Part shown: piece by piece, positions 58,723 through 64,000 of the stretch
Layout of the letters: every line of letters starts with the position of its first letter
Numbering within the stretch: the stretch's first letter is position 1
NCBI GenBank assembly: GCA_009779935.1
Contig: WRAX01000006.1
Location: 21,748-85,747, forward strand
Source of the DNA: Defluviitaleaceae bacterium
GTDB taxonomy: Bacteria > Bacillota > Clostridia > Lachnospirales > WRAX01
DNA: 64,000 nt
Direction of reading: 5' to 3'
Notes under the pieces: model-generated
The model's database searches: none
What the model saw: the letters and a program-made list of their open reading frames with translations, nothing else
Told to the model about the DNA's origin: nothing
Translations under genes and position numbers: made by a program

Positions 58723-58828
58723 ACTACTGCAACTTCAACTGTTGTCATCTCTATCCCCCTTACAACAATTTCTTGATCTCATTTTCCGCATACAAACTTA
58801 TTATTTCTGACTCGCAACCCCAAGCTCC

Positions 58829-59827
58829 CTAATATCCAATAGTTTTTACGTGAAATTGTGTAAGCGAAATGTCGCTTTTTCGCTCTGTGAAGTCGTTGCT
58901 CTCACCGTTAACTCGCAATTTATAAAGGTTTTCATTGGTGTTCAACCATTCGTCATTTGCGGGTATTATGCCACCATCAACATCAAAAACGTGTATCAAT
59001 TTATTTTTTTCATCGCTTAATAGTAACCAAAAACCTTCAGTTTCAAGTTGTTTTTTGCTTGGGTCGAAGTGATAATTACCGCTGTTTAGCTTGTTTGCGA
59101 ACCTAATTCCTTTGTCGTCAAACTTCATACCGCCTTCTATGCAAATTTGAATTGCGCGCGCCTTTTTCAGTCGGCTGTAATTATTTTGGATAACGCGGCT
59201 TGATATTACGACGGTTCGTGTTGTGACTTCTTTAGCCTGAGTGATTGAAGCTTTTAATGCTTCTTCAATTTCCAATGTATTAAATCTTTCTGAAAAATGT
59301 TTTTTAAGCAAGTCTTTTATCAAATCTGGTGTTGCTTCTTGTTTTATGGTTTCAACATCTTCTAAAAACTGCTTTTCGTGACTTATCCAGCTCGCAACGT
59401 TATAAGTATCAAAGTTGTACTTATTAAAACTTTGAATAAACCCAATCGCACTTCTATTTTCTGCGATAAAAGGTATTTCAAAGCTATAATCATTAGCACG
59501 AATATAAATTCTATCCCCAATCAAAACGCCAATTTTAAGACTCAGAAGTTTCATATAGTCGTTTAGTTGCTTTTTCTCCACTTCTCCAAAAATGTCCTTG
59601 TGGCGTTTTATTTCCACAACAAAATTATCTCCAACAACCATATCAACCCTAACATTCGTATGGGCAACGGAAACATTATATTGCCTTTTTATCTCGCCCA
59701 TTAAAATGCTGTACCCGAAAAGCTCTGCAAAAATCTTCTCCCATGTGGCTTCTATGACACTTTCCTGTTCATCCAGATTCTCTCTGTACTTACTCACTAT
59801 AATTTCCCATTTTACAGCTGGTGTCAT
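58829..59827 (-). CDS. hypothetical protein with an N-terminal PD-(D/E)xK-like (HsdR-N-like) nuclease motif
   Basis: WEKIFAELFGYS...VRVDMVVGDNFVVEIKRHKD fits the D...ExK pattern. The AGGAGGA RBS overlaps the uvrB stop. AT-rich. Confidence 0.65.
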   Translation of the reverse strand: MTPAVKWEIIVSKYRENLDEQESVIEATWEKIFAELFGYSILMGEIKRQYNVSVAHTNVRVDMVVGDNFVVEIKRHKDIFGEVEKKQLNDYMKLLSLKIGVLIGDRIYIRANDYSFEIPFIAENRSAIGFIQSFNKYNFDTYNVASWISHEKQFLEDVETIKQEATPDLIKDLLKKHFSERFNTLEIEEALKASITQAKEVTTRTVVISSRVIQNNYSRLKKARAIQICIEGGMKFDDKGIRFANKLNSGNYHFDPSKKQLETEGFWLLLSDEKNKLIHVFDVDGGIIPANDEWLNTNENLYKLRVNGESNDFTERKSDISLTQFHVKTIGY

Positions 59828-59838
59828 TTTCTATCCTC

Positions 59839-61824
59839 CTACAGCAGTTTTTTGACCTTAAAGATTTTGTCACGAAGCTGCGCCGCCCTCTCAAAATGCA
59901 AATCCATGGCGGCTTGTTTCATGTCTTTTTCCAGGGTTTTGATGTGTACTAACAACTCTTCCCGGTTCATAGATTCGGGGTCTTTGGCCAGCTTTGCGCC
60001 CTTTTGTTTTTTGCCGTCGTCAACGGTGGTGGTGGCTTGTATAATGTCATGCACTTTTTTGACTATTGTTTGGGGGGTTATGCCATGTTGCTCGTTATAG
60101 GCCATTTGGATGTTTCGGCGGCGCATGGTTTCGCTTATGGCATATTCCATGGAGCGTGTTATACGGTCAGCATACATTATTACACGCCCGTGGGAATTAC
60201 GGGCGGCACGGCCAATAGTTTGCACAAGGGGGGTTTCGGAGCGCAAAAAGCCTTCTTTATCCGCATCCAAAATGGCAACCAGGGCCACCTCGGGTATGTC
60301 CAGCCCTTCACGCAATAGGTTTATGCCCACAAGCACGTCAAAAACATCCATACGCAAATCCCTGATAATTTCTAACCTTTCAAGGGTTTTAATGTCGGAG
60401 TGGAGATAGCGCACGCTAATGCCGCTATTTTTCAAGTATTCGGTCAAATCCTCCGCCATGCGCTTGGTTAGGGTAGTTACAAGGGTTTTGAAGCCCGCAT
60501 CTTTGGTTTTGCGTATTTCGGTTATAAGGTCATCAATTTGCCCGTTTATGGGGCGCACGGATATTTCGGGGTCTACAAGCCCTGTGGGGCGGATAATTTG
60601 TTCTGCCAGTAGATTGCTGTTGTCACGCTCATAGGCGGCAGGGGTTGCGGATACAAATAGGGCACGCTGCATTTTCCTTTCAAATTCCTCAAAACGCAGG
60701 GGGCGGTTGTCCAGGGCAGATGGCAGGCGAAAGCCGTAGTTTACCAGTGTTTCCTTCCTTGCCCTATCGCCGTTGTACATGCCCCTAAATTGGGGCAGGG
60801 TTACATGGCTCTCATCCACAATAATCAGAAAGTCATCGGGGAAATAGTCCAGCAGGGTGTGGGGGGTGTCGCCGGGCTTACCGCCGGCCAAATGGCGGGA
60901 ATAGTTCTCAATTCCATTGCAAAAGCCCATTTCCCACATCATTTCAATGTCATATCTTGTGCGCTGTGCAATTCGCTGGGCTTCTATCAGCTTTTCTTCC
61001 TTTTTTAGTAAAGTTATCTGCTCTGCCAGCTCTTCTTCAATATCAACAATTGCCCGTTCCAAATTTTCCTTAGTGGTAACATAGTGGGAGCCGGGGAAGA
61101 TTGAAATATGGGTACGCACACCCAGCACATCCCCCGTAAATGCGTCAATTTCGGAGATTTTTTCAATCTCATCCCCAAAAAATTCCACACGGTAAGCGAT
61201 GCTGTCGCTGGTTGTGGGGAAAATCTCCACCACATCCCCGCGCACCCTAAATGTGCCCCGTTGGAAATTCATATCATTTCGATTATACTGTATGGCAACA
61301 AGTTTGCGCAACATATCATCCCTGTCCCAAATTTTGCCCGGACGCAGGGAAACCACAAGGTTTTTATAATCCACAGGGCTGCCAAGGCCATAAATACAGG
61401 ATACAGAAGCAATTATCACCACATCCCGCCGCTCGGCGATGGCTGCGGTGGCAGAGTGGCGCAGCTTGTCAATTTCATCATTTATAGCAGAATCTTTTTC
61501 GATATATGTGTCGCTGGAAGGCACATAAGCCTCCGGCTGATAATAATCATAATAACTTACAAAATATTCCACGGAATTGTTGGGAAAAAACTCCTTAAAC
61601 TCATTATAAAGCTGGGCGGCAAGGGTTTTGTTATGTGCCATAACAATGGTTGGCATTTGCAGCCGCTGTATAATATTTGCCATGGTAAACGTTTTGCCGC
61701 TGCCCGTTACACCAAGCAAGGTGCCAAAGCGGTTGCCACCCTCAAATGCAGTGGCCAAGGCATCTATGGCCTGTGGCTGGTCACCTGTCGGCTTAAAATT
61801 GGACACTATTTCGAATCTCTCCAC
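59839..61824 (-). CDS. uvrB: excinuclease ABC subunit B
   Basis: [10 protein letters not shown], the DESH box (IVDESHVT), a helicase C domain and a C-terminal UVR domain ([15 protein letters not shown]). Confidence 0.97.
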   Translation of the reverse strand: MERFEIVSNFKPTGDQPQAIDALATAFEGGNRFGTLLGVTGSGKTFTMANIIQRLQMPTIVMAHNKTLAAQLYNEFKEFFPNNSVEYFVSYYDYYQPEAYVPSSDTYIEKDSAINDEIDKLRHSATAAIAERRDVVIIASVSCIYGLGSPVDYKNLVVSLRPGKIWDRDDMLRKLVAIQYNRNDMNFQRGTFRVRGDVVEIFPTTSDSIAYRVEFFGDEIEKISEIDAFTGDVLGVRTHISIFPGSHYVTTKENLERAIVDIEEELAEQITLLKKEEKLIEAQRIAQRTRYDIEMMWEMGFCNGIENYSRHLAGGKPGDTPHTLLDYFPDDFLIIVDESHVTLPQFRGMYNGDRARKETLVNYGFRLPSALDNRPLRFEEFERKMQRALFVSATPAAYERDNSNLLAEQIIRPTGLVDPEISVRPINGQIDDLITEIRKTKDAGFKTLVTTLTKRMAEDLTEYLKNSGISVRYLHSDIKTLERLEIIRDLRMDVFDVLVGINLLREGLDIPEVALVAILDADKEGFLRSETPLVQTIGRAARNSHGRVIMYADRITRSMEYAISETMRRRNIQMAYNEQHGITPQTIVKKVHDIIQATTTVDDGKKQKGAKLAKDPESMNREELLVHIKTLEKDMKQAAMDLHFERAAQLRDKIFKVKKLL

Positions 61825-62378
61825 AAAAACCCGCCCTTCATAAAAGTGTTAACCTTCATTGTAACACGAAAATCCAAATACCACAAGCCCTTGCGAAAAA
61901 TCCATCTGGTCTATTTCTTTTTTGTTGACAAAACCAGCAGTATAATGAAATGTTTCTTCGGCAGAATCACGGCAGGGTTTGTGGTTCTTATTTTAATGGT
62001 GGGCATAATATCAAACCTCGGAAGAATGGCACGAAAGACCACATCATACTGGTGTGCACATCAAGCGTGATGGAATATTTTCAAGGATTAATCCAATAGC
62101 AACAATGGTAGCTAATTTGTTGATATATGACCCACAGAATCAGCGTGCATCGTTGCGACCATGAGACCAATTAGTATTTGTTGGTGACATTGATATTGAA
62201 ATGCGACTAATTTTCCCAACTGGCGATTTCGTAGCTTTCCATAGAAGTGCAAGAGGTACGCAAAATCCAAGAAGTCCTTATTTTACTCGGGCAGGTGGTA
62301 ATTCGGTTAACGTTTATACAAGTATAAATGGGGGTTCTATTTTCTAAGGTCATCCAAATGTCCGCAATATAGCGACAA

Positions 62379-63059
62379 GTGGTGCTGCGAACTGAGTTGC
62401 GATCGTTGTTGGTCAAGAAATTACACTTGTATAGATGGCAAGGGACAAATTGGGTTGAGACAACCATTACCGCAGAGCGAGAGGCATTTGAAAGGGGAAG
62501 TGAAGCTCTGCCTTTTTCAACAGAAAGAACTTTTGACAGATATTTTACTTTAAGTATTCCACCACTTTGGCACGGTGCTTTGGCGGAAATAAGAATAGGT
62601 AGCGGAACATTTATGGGAGGGCAACGATTTTGGCAATATGTGATTATTGAGATAGACTCATCAGTGGAAGCAAGTGCCCCAACTGCCCATACCAAACGCC
62701 TTATTGACCGCGGGGCAATCCTTGAAAGCCTAATCGAAGGAGCGGCTACCCTCACCAACAACCAAATTCATACCTTGCTCACAAAAACCATCAACACCGA
62801 CACCGCCCAAAGGATTCTATCCGAAATGCGGAAGCAAAACGCCACGGCACAGGCTGAAAAAGAGAGTACCACATCAACCGCCGCCAACACAACAGCCGTG
62901 AACCCGCAAGAAGGTGAGCGCATCGAAGATGCGGTTTTGCGTAGCAAAACTACTGAGGACTTTTTAGGACAGCTATTACGTCATCCTTTTCGATGGATTG
63001 CTTGCGAATTTCACGAACTTGGGCTTCTAATTCCCTTATACGCTTGGCATCCTTATTAG
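62379..63059 (+). CDS. hypothetical ORF in a degenerate region, possibly a gene fragment
   Basis: A 226-aa ORF with a GTG start and no clear RBS. It overlaps a minus-strand ORF of poorer composition, and upstream frames hold further broken ORF pieces. Confidence 0.3.
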   Translation: MVLRTELRSLLVKKLHLYRWQGTNWVETTITAEREAFERGSEALPFSTERTFDRYFTLSIPPLWHGALAEIRIGSGTFMGGQRFWQYVIIEIDSSVEASAPTAHTKRLIDRGAILESLIEGAATLTNNQIHTLLTKTINTDTAQRILSEMRKQNATAQAEKESTTSTAANTTAVNPQEGERIEDAVLRSKTTEDFLGQLLRHPFRWIACEFHELGLLIPLYAWHPY

Positions 63060-63135
63060 ACCTACCTGCTTCTTTCGGGCTAACGCCCGAAAGTCTTAAC
63101 CAGTCACGCAGGGATGTAACGCTAATTTTTTTATT
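62950..63135 (-). pseudogene. remnant resembling the C-terminal part of an IS3-family OrfA (HTH/leucine-zipper) transposase
   Basis: VTSLRDWLRLSG...DAKRIRELEAQVREIRKQSIEKDDVIAVLK resembles the IS3 OrfA tail. No OrfB or DDE part is nearby. Confidence 0.4.
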
Positions 63136-63160
63136 CCAAATATTCACAAGGAGTGATTGA

Positions 63161-63346
63161 ATGACAAAAACAACAGAAGCACCAACGGCACCACGACCGC
63201 CAGACGGTGCGCTAACAATGCAGGTAGATAACCAAACATTCATCTTGGAAGTGCTCTTTAACCCCAACAGCAAAGAAGCATTCCAAGACAAGCTGATGAG
63301 GGTAATACTTGCCGAGGGCATGAAGGAATTGAAGGAAGCGGAGTAA
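63161..63346 (+). CDS. TnpW-like small transposon protein
   Basis: The TFILEVLFNPNSKEAFQDKLMRVIL pattern matches small TnpW-type proteins of Tn4451-like elements (from memory). Confidence 0.45.
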   Translation: MTKTTEAPTAPRPPDGALTMQVDNQTFILEVLFNPNSKEAFQDKLMRVILAEGMKELKEAE

Positions 63347-63476
63347 TCAGCTTAAACATGAGGACAAGAAAAGCGAGTACCGATATAGGGTATTCGCTTT
63401 TCGCTTAGTATAAGTAACTAATTTCAATACTCACGAGCATAGGTATTTCAAGAGGTTGTACGGCAGTTTGCTTATA

Positions 63477-63989
63477 CTATCCCTCAATATTTGCATTTGT
63501 AAATCCATTTTTCTTATTACCTGACACGTTTATCGAATGCCCCAAAAAAATATCACCATCATTAAACCACAAGCAATATTCGCAAGCACCTTCTTCATCT
63601 TGAAAAAAGGTTATTGCATTTAAGGAAATTCTCTTGATAAAATCTTCTTCGGTAAGCGGTATAAAGTCAGTTTCTTCTTCCCAATCGTCCTCTTGCCATT
63701 GATTTCCCAGTTCTAACAATTTTGTAGCGGCAAAATGGCTTGCTTTTTCAGCAAAGTTACTTGACTTATTGCAAAGGATGTGCAGAAATTCAATGTCTGA
63801 TTCGGTAGAAAGATAAACACGAATTTTTCTACCTTGAAGTTCTACTACTCCCTCAAAATTGCCAAGCCGCCTATCAAATGCAAACTCACCAAATGTATCG
63901 TCAACGATTTTTGCAGGCTGTCTGTAGTCGGTTAGAATTGCATATAGTCCATCGTTATTTACATCTGCCTCAAGCACTTCAACAACCAT
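63477..63989 (-). CDS. DUF2262-like protein (immunity-protein-like)
   Basis: 170 aa. FEGVVELQGRKIRVYL...AATKLLELGNQWQEDDWEEE...ITEEDFIKRISLNAITFF...DGDIFLGHSINV fits the DUF2262 pattern as I remember it. Confidence 0.5.
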   Translation of the reverse strand: MVVEVLEADVNNDGLYAILTDYRQPAKIVDDTFGEFAFDRRLGNFEGVVELQGRKIRVYLSTESDIEFLHILCNKSSNFAEKASHFAATKLLELGNQWQEDDWEEETDFIPLTEEDFIKRISLNAITFFQDEEGACEYCLWFNDGDIFLGHSINVSGNKKNGFTNANIEG

Positions 63990-64000
63990 GAAGCGATTAT

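Noticed and set aside
61925-61950. TTGACA...TATAAT on the plus strand upstream of the degenerate region
   Set aside because: The hexamers are only about 10 nt apart, which is incompatible with a sigmaA promoter.
62207-62761. A 184-aa minus-strand ORF overlapping the 62379-63059 plus-strand ORF
   Set aside because: It is Arg/Ser/Cys-rich with no RBS. The region looks degenerate and the plus-strand reading is more protein-like, though it is itself low confidence.

Overview
The window looks like chromosome from a spore-forming Firmicute, probably Clostridia-like. That guess rests on spoIVA, veg, the pgsA-cinA-recA-recX order and Gram-positive RBS and terminator styles. All family calls come from motifs and remembered family patterns, because no search could be run.

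Backbone genes:
- rpoB and rpoC, on the minus strand
- rimO, pgsA, a CinA-domain gene, recA, a GNAT gene and recX
- a CarD-family regulator, malQ, rpsO, pnp, a NUDIX gene, two GNAT genes, dut, veg and tgt
- an amino-acid ABC transporter
- a minus-strand run of uvrB, an inserted island, uvrA, a Uma2 nuclease gene, dcd and envelope genes

Main result: spoIVA is split in two.
- Codons 1-411 lie at 215-1447. The last 82 codons lie at 18636-18885, on the same strand and in the same codon phase.
- A roughly 17.2-kb element separates them, and both junctions share the 7-bp core AAACCGA.
- The element resembles sporulation-gene intervening elements such as skin.
- Its large serine recombinase ORF reads through the right junction, in frame, into the spoIVA 3' codons. 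An alternative C-terminus plus a terminator sits at the left end. This implies that attP lies inside the recombinase gene.
- The cargo is mostly defence genes: a type I R-M system (hsdM, hsdS, a DUF1016-like nuclease gene, hsdR) and an OLD-family ATPase/Toprim nuclease paired with a UvrD-like helicase (Gabija-like).
- It also carries decayed mobilisation genes (TnpV-like, MobC-like, a short HTH protein) and a repeat-rich control region upstream of the recombinase.

Second candidate: an AT-richer island of about 2.4 kb sits between uvrB and uvrA. It encodes two nuclease-fold proteins and no methyltransferase.

Other notable items:
- a 2.1-kb element bounded by 22-bp inverted repeats, with a frameshifted IS1595-type transposase and passenger genes, which has broken and partly deleted an ABC exporter gene
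- a 26-nt motif shared by the recA and carD-like upstream regions
- a strongly structured leader of about 200 nt upstream of the carD-like gene
- mobile-element debris at the right edge

No rRNA gene, tRNA gene or CRISPR array was recognised.
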